From: Phyllobates terribilis | Taxonomy: Eukaryota | DNA: 64,000 nucleotides | Reading direction: 5' to 3' | NCBI RefSeq assembly: GCF_046119375.1 | Contig: NW_027362761.1 | Location: 1,150,782,001 to 1,150,846,000 of the forward strand | Shown here: piece after piece, positions 1 through 12,600 of the stretch | How the letters are laid out: every line of letters begins with the position of its first letter | How positions within the stretch are numbered: position 1 is the stretch's first letter | Notes under the pieces: generated by a model | What the model was told of the DNA's origin: nothing | Seen by the model: only the letters and a program-made list of their open reading frames with translations | The model's database searches: none | Program-made: the position numbers and the translations under genes

Positions 1-250
1 TTAAAGAAAAACTAACAGCCCTGTGAGAGCCAGAATTCTTGCTAGTTGGTAGGTGATCAAATACTTATTTCATGCAATAAAATGCAATTTAATTGTTTAA
101 AAATCATACAATGTAACTTTCTTTATTTTTTTTACATTCTGTCTCTCAAAGTTGAAATGTACCTACGATGAAAATTACAGACCTTTCCATGCTTTGTAGG
201 TGGGAAAACTTGCAAAGTAGGCAGTGTATCAAATATTTAATTCACCACTG
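1..250 (-). mobile_element. Tc1-like element, 5' terminus only (rest lies left of the window)
   Basis: Ends in ...CACCACTG followed by TA. Paired inner and outer repeats (GATCAAATACTTA / TATCAAATATTTA) are typical of Tc1 IR/DR ends. Orientation is inferred from resemblance to Tc1 promoter-side sequence. Confidence 0.6.
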
Positions 251-281
251 TATATGTCAGTCCATCAAGTTGGCCCCTTTC

Positions 282-760
282 AGGTATATATGTCCCCCAT
301 CCTGGGTACCTTCCTGGTATATACAGTTGTACTCAAAAGTTTACATACCCCGGCAGAATTTTTACTTTCTTGGCCTTGTTTCAGAGAATATGAATGAAAA
401 CAAAAAATTTTTTTCTCCACTCATGGTTATTGGTTGGGTGAAGTCATTTATTGTCAAACTACTGTGTTTTCTCTTTTTAAATCTTAATGACAACCAAAAA
501 CATCCAAATGACCCTGAGTGGAGGAAAAGTTTCTTTTTGTTATCATTCATATTTTCTGAAACAAGGCCAAGAAAGGAAAAATTCTGCCGAGGTATGTAAA
601 CTTTTGAGCACAACTGTATGTCCCAGATCCTGGTATATATGTCCCCCATTCTGGTATATATGTCTCCCCTCCTGGGCACCTTCCTGGTATATATGTCCCC
701 GATCCTGGTATAAATGTCCCCCATCCTGATATATATGTCCCCCATCCTGGGCTCCTTCCT
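282..760. repeat. ~20-bp minisatellite (GGTATATATGTCCCCCATCCT), interrupted by a Tc1 MITE
   Basis: Repeated TATATGTCCCC(C)ATCCTGG units on both sides of 324-616. Confidence 0.85.
324..616. mobile_element. 293-bp non-autonomous Tc1 derivative (MITE), same family as 3381-15620
   Basis: TIRs CAGTTGTACTCAAAAGTTTACATACCCCGGCAGAATTTT / AAAATTCTGCCGAGGTATGTAAACTTTTGAGCACAACTG with TA on both sides. Removing the element and one TA restores the minisatellite unit GGTATATATGTCCC. Confidence 0.92.
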
Positions 761-761
761 G

Positions 762-972
762 CAATACACTTCACCGAATGTGCGTCATAGGAGTACTCTA
801 CTACGTCTGAGTGTTCTCCTCCTGTAGGCGTACACTCCCGAAAATGATGCACGGCGCATGTTCGCTCTGTCTGCAACTTTACTGTCTGTGGCCCCGTCGG
901 CGCATATGTCCGAACCCCGTTTTGCAGGGAGGTTCGGACGTATGCCCCAAGGGGACCCCCGAACACAATGTG
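762..972. mobile_element. Probable Harbinger-type MITE fragment
   Basis: Ends in ...CAATGTGAAAGCACCC, similar to the Harbinger-like termini elsewhere in the window. Internal short hairpin (CATATGTCCGAACC...GGTTCGGACGTATG). No matching left end seen. Confidence 0.35.
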
Positions 973-1809
973 AAAGCACCCTCATTCACATGAGGTATAC
1001 CACCAAGAGGAGGCCAATTTGCTGTCCGTCTGCTGAATGGGAGTCTATGGATCCATTTGACAATGCAATAATGGAGATCTCCAATAACATGGTTGTACTG
1101 TGTCAGTTCATTTATTACATTGTAAATTGCCCTTTGTGTGACATTGACAAATTGTTAGTGAAATAGGTCACGTCCTTTGTTGGTATCTATGTCAATAAAT
1201 CTCTTGAAAATTCCCCAAGGTTAAAGATAAGTTAATCGAAATTGCATCTCAAGAGGCGAAAGGTTAAAACCAAGCCTAATGAATGCACAATGGCCCTCGT
1301 CAATAAAAGCAGCTCTGGGAATAATGGCAGTGATGCAGCCAATCAGATTGCATCTTTAATCTTCCCAGAGCATTTCCTAAAATGAAGGAGATCTGATTGG
1401 TTGTTATAGGCAACCATTTTTATACATAAGGCCCAAAGTTTTTTTTCTTTAAAATGGCAGTGCAAAATCTCATTGTTGTGATAAATCTATTGTCATTAGA
1501 TTACAACATGTATCTGTGATTGGGTTTTACTTATTTTACTTTCCGACTTTGTGATTTTGTGGGTGTAGGTGTAAATGTCCAAACGGCCTAGCCTGGCAGT
1601 TACCTAATGGGGAAGGCGCTGGTGGCAACATCTCCTCACTGTACAAAGAAGGACTGTCCTAGGTTTATACAACATGTGCACAATTGTTTCTGTGCCATAG
1701 CAACCTCCTCCTGTGTCTCCAATGCGGTCATTAGAGTGACCCTATAAACAACAATGCCAACAGGATGCCACTTATAAATAATAGTGCCATTGATTGAAAT
1801 GTTGGTAGA

Positions 1810-2330
1810 ACCCACACAGTATGATGCACCCAAAGTGAACCTACACACAGTATGATGTCCCCACAATCCCCCAGTACAATATGATGTACCCACAGTGACC
1901 TCCCCAGTATGATGCATCCAGAGTATGATACACCCACAGCTCATCACACAGTATAATTTCTCCCAGAGCTCCCTACACAACATGATACCCCAAAAAGCCT
2001 GCCACACAATATGATATCCCTACAGCCCCCCCACATGGGACGTGGGCTCTATAGGTACAGTATGATTCCCCACACCCCCTCTCCAACAGTATGATGACTC
2101 TCAGAGCTCTCCCCCCACAGTACGAGCGCCCCTACAATTAATCAGACAAAATAAAAAAATGACTTACTTAGCTCCAAACCCTTGACTCTCACTGCTCCGG
2201 TCTGTTCTGTGTGTAAACTGGGGCTCAATGCAGCAGGCATGATCAAGAGATGTCATTCAGCATCAGGCTCCCACAACTCATTGGACCCATAGCGGCCATG
2301 TGGTCTGCCACTATTAGTGGTACACTACTG
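1810..2330. repeat. Degenerate CACAGTATGATGCCCC minisatellite ending in a relic hAT-type terminus
   Basis: Repeated CAGTATGAT units at 1810-2140. The 2283-2330 segment (GGACCCATAGC...TTAGTGGTACACTACTG) aligns by eye with the right end of the element at 38356-39777. Confidence 0.6.
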
Positions 2331-3118
2331 ATTAAAGAGGTTTTATAACCATTGTAACAAGTCACCAACCCCCCCTGTTAACTTTATTTTCTTTTTTTTA
2401 GCTCCCCTTCAGACCCTTGCAGCCAGACTACATTTTCCAGGAGGCAGTACTCTCTGCCTCCTCTGCCAGAGCTGTCTGTCCTATAGCTCCTTCACTACCA
2501 CCCTGAGTCTCAGTTCACTACACTTAAAAAGCACCATCCTGAGACTCCTATACAGTTTCAAGATGGATAAATCACGGACCACAGTTTTTTCATTCTTAAC
2601 CTCACCCCAGTTAACCTAGGATGTGTTATACTGAAACTCTCCTGTTACATTTGCTGACACTGGCACAACACAGGCTCAGTATAGTGTAGGGGAACATTGA
2701 GTCATATAATGTATTTATTATCATACAATTTATCACTTTGGAATGCCTTGCACCTTCCCCTGTGGCCACGGTACTGGTTGATAAGATTACAAATATTGAT
2801 ATTAATTACACAAGTCTGCAAAAGTAAAATTGTTTGAAAAGTAAGAGGTGATTTTATATACTTTTGATCCCTGAAAAAATTCCATCACGTACAGGTTTTT
2901 CACAAACCCTGACTCCATATTCTTTTTTTTGCACTATACTTTGACCCCTTTGCGTGACCTTGGCTGGATGATTTTGGTATCTTTAGATTGCCACATCTTT
3001 TTTAACAGCTTGATTTAAATATTTTAGTCAGGGACTTGGACCTTCCTAAACATTCTGCAGAACTTTTAGGCTCTAGACTAAAGGAAAAGAACCTGCTAGC
3101 TTCTGGTACCTGTTTTTC

Positions 3119-3380
3119 ATGGTACAGAAGCAGAGAAAAGGTACTGTACTTACACATACATATGGTGCTCTAGCGTATTGCAGTGATGTTCCTGGGCTGA
3201 TGGAAAAATTTAACATTGAATACAAAGCGAGCGGATGGAGACTCTTTATTGATTTATCCAAAAAAAGTCTGAAAGCTGTGCTACTGCACAATGGCAGCAA
3301 GTATGCTTCAGTGCCTGTTGGACATTCTGTGCATTTGAAGTAAATCTATGAGAATTTAGACTTTATTCTCAAAAAACTTA
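3119..3380 (+). pseudogene. DNA transposase remnant, part 1 (probably Chapaev3/CMC group)
   Basis: Translates as ...GALAYCSDVPGLMEKFNIEYKASGWRLFIDLSKKSLKAVLLHNGSKYASVPVGHSVHLK*IYENLDFILKKL and continues after the Tc1 at 15621. The family assignment is from recollection of the WRLFID..SLKAVLLHNG motif, not from a search. Confidence 0.65.
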
Positions 3381-4777
3381 CAGTTGTGCTCAAAAGTTTA
3401 CATACCCCGGCAGAATTTTTCATTTCTTGGCCTTGTTTCAGAGAATATGAATGATAACAAAAAACTTTTTCTCCACTCATGGTTATTGGTTGGGTGAAGC
3501 CATTTATTGTCAAACTACTGTGTTTTCTCTTTTTAAATTTTAATGACAACCAAAAACATCCATATGACCCTGATCAAAAGTTCATATACCCTGGTGATTT
3601 TGGCCTGATAACATGCACAAAATTTGACACATATAGGTTTGAATGACTACTAAAGGTAACATTCTCACATGTGACCTGTTTGCTTGTAATCAGTGTGTGT
3701 GTATAAAAGCTGAGTGAGTTTCTGGGAGCCAGACAGACTCTTGAATCTTTCATCCAGCCACTGACATTTCTGGGTTGTGAGTCATGGAGAAAGCAAAATA
3801 ATTGTCAACGGATCTACGGGAAAAGGTAGTTGAACTGTATAACACAGGAAAGGGATACAAAAAAATATCCAAGGAATTGCTAATTCCAGTCAGCAGCATT
3901 CAAACTGTGATTTACAAATGGAAAATCAGGGGCTCTGTAAAAACCAAACCATAGTCAGGTAGACCAACAAAGATTTCGGCCACAATTGCCAAGATAATTG
4001 TTCGGGATGCATAGAAAAACCCACAAATAACATTAGCTGAAATTCAGGACTCTCTAAAAACTAGCGGTGTGGCTGTTTCAAGATGCACAATAAGGAGGCA
4101 CTTGAAGAAAAATGGGCTGCATGGTTGAGTCGCCAGAAGAAAGCCATTACTGCGCAAATGCCACAAAGTATCTCGCCTACAATACACCAAACAGTACAGC
4201 GACAAGTCGCAAAACTTCTAGAACAAGGTAATTTGGAGTGATGAGACCAAAATTTAACTATTTGGCCACAACCATAAACGTTACATTTAGAGAGAGGTTA
4301 ACAAGGCCTATGATGAAAGGAACACCATTCCTACAGCAAAGCAGGGAGGTGGATCGCTGATGTTTTGGGGATGTGTGAGCTATAAAGGCACAGAAAACTT
4401 GGTAAAAGTTAAAGGAAAGATTAATTCAGCACGTTATCAGCAAATACTGGAGGCAAATTTGCACTCATCAGCCCGGAAGCTGCGCATGGGACGTAATTGG
4501 ACATTCCAACATGACAACGATCCAAAACACAAGGCCAAGTCAACCTGTTATTGGCTACAGCAGAACAAAGTGAAGGTTCTGGAGTGGCCATCTCAGTCTC
4601 CTGACCTCAATATCATTGAGCCACTCTGGGGAGATCTCAAGCGCGCAGTTCATGCTAGACAGCCCAGGAATTTACAGGAACTGGAGGCTTTTTGTCAAGA
4701 AGAATGGGCAGCTTTACCATCTGAGAAAATAAAGAACCTCATCCACATCTACCACAAAAGACTTCAAGTTGTCATTG

Positions 4778-5545
4778 TGTGACATGAAGAAGAAGTGCTG
4801 TTGCTTCAGAAGCATCCAGCAACTAGAGGGTTTAACACAGTCACAGGAGACAGGGAGTGTTTTAGCAGAGCCCCAGGGGGATTGTGGGGAACATGTTATT
4901 GTAGTTTGACTGAAGCAAGAGAAATATAGTGTGTTATGTGTATCTGACAGAAGGCAACTGAACAGGATTCAGATCAGGAGAGAAACTAAACACAGGTCAG
5001 ATGAACTCCCTGAACTAACAGTGCAGAGTATTATTGGGCAGGAAGATAAGGACTGGAAGGAATTGTGTCACAGGGATCATCTCCCTCATCAACCCCCCCC
5101 CCCCTCCAGCTCCATGCAGGATAAAAATGCTGTGTACTATTGTGTCCTTGTGAAGGAAAAGCCTGTGGTTGTGTATGCATAGAAGTGTGCTGCTAAGAGA
5201 TCTAATTTATGCTGAATTATGCTACTGAAGAGACAGTAATACTGTGCCTTGTGAAGAAACTACTGCATTGTTACTGGAGCCGGTTGCTCAAGAAACTCAG
5301 ACTGTACTGTAATGAAGATTGTGCTGTAATATCCCTGAATTGCACTGGCCGTGCTTCAGATTAAATTCCACTGTTAAACTGTTGAGAAAGACTCTTGTCA
5401 GATGTGTCTGGTCAGCAATTCAATCTATCATTTGCCTGAGAGAAGCTGCAGCCTATGGTCACCCTGAGTAGTGGTTCCCCCAGGATTCCAAAGAATTCAT
5501 GAAACCCGTCTTGCCCTATCTGAACCTAATGGCGTGCATGTAACA
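4778..5545 (+). repeat. Gypsy 5' LTR (768 bp)
   Basis: TGTGACATG...GCATGTAACA; direct repeat of 14605-15370, roughly 5-10% diverged by eye. Confidence 0.95.
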
Positions 5546-5546
5546 T

Positions 5547-5564
5547 TGGTGGCCCATACAGGGA
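5547..5564 (+). promoter_or_regulatory. Primer-binding site, tRNA-Ile(AAT)
   Basis: TGGTGGCCCATACAGGGA lies directly after the 5' LTR. It differs from the complement of the vertebrate tRNA-Ile(AAT) 3' end (TGGTGGCCCGTACGGGGA, from memory) at two CpG positions only. Confidence 0.8.
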
Positions 5565-5697
5565 ATCCTGAGAGGGAATTAGCATGTAGAGGGAATAGAG
5601 GAAAAGTGTCTGAAAAAACACAGCAGCACAGCACCTCAATTCAACTCTGCTACACCAGTTAAATGGGGCCAGCCCTAAAGAAATCTCACTAGCAGCA

Positions 5698-8600
5698 ATG
5701 GATGTGGAAATACAAATGGACAGAATTAGTGAGCTGCCTCTTCAGTTAACCTGTGAAGAATTGAGAACAGTAGCAGAACATATAAAGATGTTAGAAGAAC
5801 AGATTTCTAAAGCACACAACCACAAGCAACTGTTAGCTGCCATTAATGTAAAAATGGATGAGCTGGGGGAGAAAGAAGCTGAAGACATCATGGGGATGTT
5901 CCTCCAGGAGCTAACACAGTTTCTAACCAGGTTGAAGTTAGAGGATGGAGGGGCGGCACCAATTACCAAAAGCGGGAATCTCCGTCCGCAGACAGAACTA
6001 CAGGAATTGAAAGAACAATCAAAGCCCTAATAACAGCCCTGCAGGAATCGACCAAAACCTCTGAACGAGTGACAGATTCAGACAGAACCTTTACCTTGCT
6101 CGGGTTAGATAAATCATTAAGACAGTCCTCTCTAACACCACAAATCACCATAAGGAAAGAATTCAAGATCCTGGGACAGATTGGAGCGTGTGAACACAAA
6201 GAGAAACTGTCCTATATTAACTTGTTGCACCCGATCTATGCAGGCTTACAGAAAGGCTACCAGCCAAATGAGATCGTTGAGGGGGTGGTGAAAGCGATCA
6301 GCCCAGGACTGAACCTACGTAGTATGCTAGAAATGAAGAGTAAATTGACCTTGCAACAGCTAAAGATGATTTTAAAAGGGCACTATAAAGAAGAGAGTAC
6401 AGAATTGTTCCACCGACTCATTAACCTCTCACAAAAAAATAATGAATCACCCCAAAATTTCTTGTTTACAGCAATTGAACTGAAGGATAGACTGTTGTTT
6501 GCATCAAGAGATGTAGAAGCGGAGGAGAAGTTTGATGCTGGACTAGTCCAGAATCATAGAATCATAGAATCATAGAATCATAGAATGGTAGAGTTGGAAG
6601 GGACCTCCTGGGTCATCTGGTCCAACCCCCTGCTCAAAGCAGGATTCACTAGATCATCTCAGACAGATGTCTGTCCAGCCTCTGTTTGAAGACGTCCATT
6701 GAAGGGGAACTCACCACCTCTCGTGGCAGCCTGTTCCACTCATTAATCACCCTAACTGTCAAAAAGTTTTTTCTAATATCTAATCTGTGTCTACTCCCAT
6801 TTAGTTTCATCCCATTGCTTCTAGTCTTTCCTTGTGCAAATGAGAATAAAGATGATCCTTCTACAATGTGACAGCCCTTGACATATTTGTAGACAGCTAT
6901 TAAGTCTCCTCTCAGTCTTCTTTTTTGCAAGCTAAACATTCCCAAATCCTGCAACCGTTCCTCATAGGACATGGTTTGCAGACCAGTCACCATTCTGGTC
7001 GCTCTTCTCTGAACTTGCTCCAGTTTGTCTATGTCTTTTTTAAAATGTGGTGCCCAAAACTGTACACAGTATTCCAGATGAGGTCTGACCAAAGAGGAGT
7101 AAAGACCGATAATGACTTCACGTGATCTAGACTGTATGCTTCTGTTAATACATCCCAGAATTGTATTTGCCTTTTTTGCTGCTGCATCACACTGTTGACT
7201 CATGTTCAGTCTATGATCTATTAGTATACCTAAGTCTTTTTCACATGTACTGTTGCTTAGCTCTATTCCTCCCATTCTGTATATGCTTTTTTCATTTTTA
7301 TTGCCCAGATGTAGTACTTTGCATTTTTCCCTGTTAAAAACCATTCTGTTGGTTGCTGCCCACTGCTCCAGTTTATTTAGGTCTTTTTGAATCCTCTCTC
7401 TCTCTTCTCTAGTATTAGCTATCCCTCCTAGCTTTGTGTCATCAGCAAATTTAATCAGTTTACCCTCAATTCCTTCATCTAAATCATTGATAAAGATGTT
7501 GAACAATACAAGTCCCAGGACGGAGCCCTGTGGTACCCCACTTGAGACATTCATCCCTTTGAGTCCGATCACTAAGCCAGTTATGAATCCACCTAACAGT
7601 TGCCTGGTCCATTGCATACTTGGTCATTTTTTCAATAAGGATGGTGTGAGATACTTTGTCAAATGCTTTGCTGAAGTCAAGATATACTATATCTACAGCA
7701 TTTCCCTGATCCACCCAGTCAGTGATTCTGTCATAGAAGGAAATTAAGTTAGTCTGACATGACTTGTTAGTTACAAACCCATGCTGACTCTGATTAATCA
7801 CTTCATTCTTATCCATGTACTTACATACATGTTGTTTAATAATTTGTTCAAAGATCTTTCCTGGTATAGAAGTCAGACTCACCGGCCTATAGTTCCCTGG
7901 GTCCACCTTCTTCCCCTTTTTGAAGATAGGAACAACATTTGCTCTTCTCCAGTCTTCTGGGACTTCTCCTGTTCTCCAAGAATTTTCAAAGATTATGGAG
8001 AGTGGTTCTAAAATTTCTTCTACGATCTCCTTCAGTACTCTGGGGTGTAATTCATCTGGACCTGGAGACTTGAACTTATGTTAGCTAAATATTCCCTCAC
8101 AATCTTTCTGTTTACAGATAACTTGGATTCCTCTATTCCTTTAAAAGGACAGTGAAGATCAGTTGATGTTACATTTTCTTTCTGAGAGAAAACAGATGCA
8201 AAATAGGAATTAAAAAGTTCGGCCTTCTCAACATCCTCTCTTACCATTTCTCCATTTTCATCCTGTAAAAATCCTATAGCATCTTTGACTTTTCTTTTAC
8301 TTTTGACATACCCCCAAAATCCTTTTTTATTGCTTTTGACATCTCTTGCAAGCCTTAATTCATTGTCAGCTTTAGCTAACCTGATACGTGCCCTGCAGGA
8401 TCTGCAGACTGCATTATAATTTTCTTTAGATATGCCTCCCTCTTTCCATTTAATAAACATTTCTTTCTTTCTTTTTAGCATGTGTTTAAGTTCTGTGTTC
8501 ATCCATCCTGGTTTCCTTAAATGCTTCCCATTCTTCCTACTTTTCGGGATTGTTAACGATTGTGCTTTGAGAATCTCATTTTTAAAAATTTCCCATCCTT

Positions 8601-9696
8601 CCTGGACATTTTTGTCCTTAAGGACATCCAGCCATTGGATCCCTCCTATTCTCTTTCTGAGTCTCTTAAAATCTGCCCTTCTAAAATCTAACCTTGAAGT
8701 TTGAGTCTTCACATGTCTTCCTCCTCTAGTTATCCAAAATTCTATAATAGAATGATCGCTGCCTCCTAGGGTCCCAGCCACCTTTACCTCCTCAACCATT
8801 TCCTCCCTGTTTATAAGGATTAGATCCAAAGTAGCAGATCCCCTTGTTTTCTCCCCTACCTTTTGGAAGATAAAGTTGTCAGCAAGAGAGGATAAGAATT
8901 TGCTTGACCTGTTAGTTTTACTTGAGAGAGATTCCCAACAAATGTCTGGATAGTTGAAATCTCCCATGACCACTAAGTCATATTTTTTGGAGAACTTGGT
9001 CATTTGATACATAAAGAGTTCATCCATATCTTCAGCTTGCCCAGGTGGCCTGTAGTAAATGCCTACAATGGTGTCCTTTCCGTTGTTCTCTCCTTGTATT
9101 CTTACCCAAACAGTTTCCAGAAGTTCTTGAGATCATTGGGAACAGGAATAATCAGCAAAGACATCAAGTTGCAGCTGAAACAGTACGGAGAAGATCCTGG
9201 CATTCTGGACGATGTCCTAATTGAAAAAATGAATGAGGCAGCTAGTTTGAAGTTAGAGAGCGAACAGAAGTTAAAGAAAGGCTCTGCTCCTAAAATCACT
9301 AAAATGAGTCAGCTGAAGTTGGAGACCCACAGTGGTCAGTCCGAAGATCATCATGGAGACCCTCCAGTGCCACCTCAGAGAGGGAACCTTAAATCACCAA
9401 CAAAAGAGAGGACCGCCAGCGCTAACTGGGAGGAAGTAATAGGAGAACTGCGAGCCGAGTTGATTGAGGTGAAAAAGTTGATTCGTTCCAGGCCAGAACC
9501 TTTATCCCTCAGACCCAGGAGTGGGTTCCAGAACAGAAGATACCCAGCTTGTGAAGCTTGCCGTTCATCAAATCAAAGTACGGTGTGTGTCCACTGTCTA
9601 AGATGTGGTAAGGAAGGACATTATGCCAAGGAATGCCGATGGTCATGGTCGTTTGAGTTAAAAGACATGAGGTTGCTAGTGCCTGGCGATTGGTAA
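5698..9696 (+). pseudogene. Gypsy gag, frameshifted and interrupted by CR1 (coding parts ~5698-6553 and ~9120-9696)
   Basis: Rejoining across the CR1 gives FDAGLVQ|KFLRSLGTG. C-terminal zinc knuckle CLRCGKEGHYAKEC. Confidence 0.85.
6550..9119 (-). mobile_element. CR1 LINE, 5'-truncated (~2.57 kb), inserted in Gypsy gag
   Basis: (ATTCTATG)n tail at the left end. ORF2 pieces contain MGDFNYP, LDLIL, DFSKAFD, QGSVLG and FADD. TCCAGAA is duplicated at 6547-6553 and 9116-9122. Relative to the + copy it has a 4-nt deletion near 8078 and a ~29-nt deletion near 7558. Confidence 0.96.
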
Positions 9697-12600
9697 CCGT
9701 GACACAGAGGAGGCCCCAGAAGCAAATCCAAATCTCACCAAATCCCAGAATGGCGCATGAGGTAAAACGGCTGCGTCAGAACGATCTCCAAGTGTGTTTC
9801 CGTTTACAACAGCTGCAACAGAGACAGAGGCATCAGTTACTTAATGTCCAGTGCGGAGATCAAACGATGTACTCCTGGGAGGAGGATTCCTCGGTTAGTA
9901 AAGATAGCCTCATCAGCCTAATCTGTGAAAGGTGCTTTATACAGTGCCAGCTAGATGGACTCCTGGTAAAAGCTCTGTGGGACACAGAAGCCAAAGCAAG
10001 CCTTTTAAATGAAGAATGGAGAAGGTGCTACCTGTCACATACCTGCCTTCTGTCACTAAAAGAACTCTTAGGACCAGTGGAACTCCACCGCAAAGCTGTC
10101 AACCAGACCGAAATCCCTTTCATAGGCTGGGTGGAAATGACTTTCCAACTGAGGGCCATGAAGAACAGCAACACCATTGAGTTTTTGGTACCTTTTCTCG
10201 TGACCAGTGATGAGAGCGTGGCAGAGGATCCTATCCTGGGTTATAATGTAATCAGTGAGGTCATCACGAAACACAAGTCAGGGACGCTGGTGGTTGATGC
10301 AATTGCCACATCACTTGCCATACCCAACACCATGGCGGAAAATGTGATTCATAGAGTAAAGAAAGCATAGAATACAATGGACCTAAAAGAAGTCAAGGTA
10401 AGCTGATGCCCAACCATCATCCCTGCAAACCAAATGGTGGGGGTGAGGTGTGGAGTCTGGGTAGAACCGGGAAGAAATGTACAGAAAAGACTGTTCGTGC
10501 CAAAAGACTCCTCAGAACTTCTGGAAGGCCTAGTTCAAGATGAGGCTGTGCTTATGATTCCTACTGGTGTGTTTGCTCGACTGACAGTAACGGTGATGAA
10601 TAGTAAACACAAAACACGAAATTAGACTGGATCCAAAGACTGTGTTAGGCCACATTGAAACTGTTAAAACGGTATATCCAGCCAGTGTGGGATCCGCCCA
10701 GGGGTCTACCGTGAATTCAGTCTCCCCACCAAGGAACAGAGGTTGCTCAGGGGAGGAAATTGCACAACCCACCTCAGGGTCCTGGGATCCCCCAGTATCC
10801 CTGGAACACTTGTGTGCTGAAGATATAGTGATAGCAAAACAGATGCTGAGAGAAGAGTATCATGCATTTTCTAAAGATGACTCTGATATAGGCTGTATCC
10901 TGTCATTGCAATTGAAAATCAATTTGTAAGACACGACCCCAGCAACCAGAAGTTACATGTCTGTGCCGAAACCATTGCACCGTGAAGTGAAAGAGTATTT
11001 GTAAGATTTAATCAACAGAGGTTGGGTCCAAAATTCGAAGTCGTTTTATTCCTCTCCTATTGTTTGTGTTAAGAAGAAGGACGGTACGTTGAGACTCCGC
11101 TGTGATTACCGGGAACTAAACCGAAAATCAGTACCTGATCAGCACCCGATACCAAAGATTCAAGATATGCTGGATAGCCTATCAGGAAGTACCTGGTTCT
11201 CTGTCCTCGATCAGGGTAAAGCATACCATTAAGGGTTTGTTTAAGAGTCCAGTAGACCCTTGACAGCATTCATCACACCGTGGGGGTTATATGAGTGGAT
11301 CCGCATACCGTTTGGGCTTAGTTCAGCTCCAGCAGAATTTCAGAGGAGCATGGAGACCTGTTTGGAAGGATTGAGGGACGATATCTGCCAACCGTACTTG
11401 GATGACAATGTGGTACACAGCAAAACTTTCCGGGAGCATGTTGAACACATGAGGACCGTATTACAGCAGTATCAATAACACGGAGTTAAGTTTACCCCAA
11501 AGAAGTGTGAACTGTTCAAAAGGCAAATCCGATTTTTAGGGAAAATTGTGTCCGGAGAAGGATATACCATGGACCCAGCAGAAATCGCTCTGGTACTGGC
11601 CTTAAAAAACAAGCGGCCCTCTACTGTTGGGGAGTTGAGGCAGATCTTAGGAGTCCTCTCCTACTATCGTACTTACGTTCGGAACTTCTCCAGGATTGCT
11701 ACCCTGCTATACCTGCTCTTGGGGGGGACAACAGAGTCAACAACACCCACGGATAAAATGAAGAACGCGGGTAGGACCGGGCTTAAAAGAAACAACGCCG
11801 TTTCGTCCCAACAGCACATTCTCTGAGCAGTAGACCACCAGGAGGTATTGGAAGAATTAGTAGACTACCTGGTAAAACCACCCATCTTGGGATATCCTGA
11901 TTTCAACTTACCATTTGTTCTTCACTGTGATGCTTCTCAAGTTGGACTGGGAGCTGCCCTGTATCAGCATTAAGATGGAAAATTGAGATTCATTGGTTAC
12001 GGTTCTAGAACATTGACAGATGCCGAGAAGAATTATCATCTACATTCTGGAAAATTGGAGTTTCTGGCATTGAAATGGGCTATCTGTGAACGATTTAGAG
12101 ATTATCTCTACTACAGCAAAGAGTTTGAGGTATACACTGACAACAACCCTTTGACCTATGTCCTCACTACAGCCAAACTGAATGCAACAGGTCAGAGATG
12201 GGTCGCTGAACTAGCTGACTTCAATTTCAGCATCAAGTACAGGCCAGGATAATGCAACGCGGATGCTAACGGATTGTCGAGAATGCCACTAGAGCCTAAT
12301 TAGTTCATGCCAGAATGCTCGGAAGAAGTCAGTCTAGAAGCAATTGAGATCACTACCCAAGCAGTGCAAGCTTATCAAGAGGAAGATACAACACTGTGGT
12401 GTCCATTGACGGTGGAAACCACCATAAAAGCAAGAGAACAAGATTACCCCCTGTCCATTCAACAACTACCAAAAGGAAAAAATCCATAGAGCACAACGGG
12501 AAGATCAGATAATTGGTAGAATACTACTTTATGTGGACCAAAATTGGTTTCCAAGTAAACGGGAGAGAGAGAATGAGTCACCAGCAGTATCTGTTTTAGT

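Noticed and set aside
4931-5182. ORF with DKNAVYYC resembling an immunoglobulin/TCR V-segment motif
   Set aside because: It lies inside the Gypsy LTR and is duplicated in the 3' LTR. No upstream Cys/Trp framework residues and no RSS.
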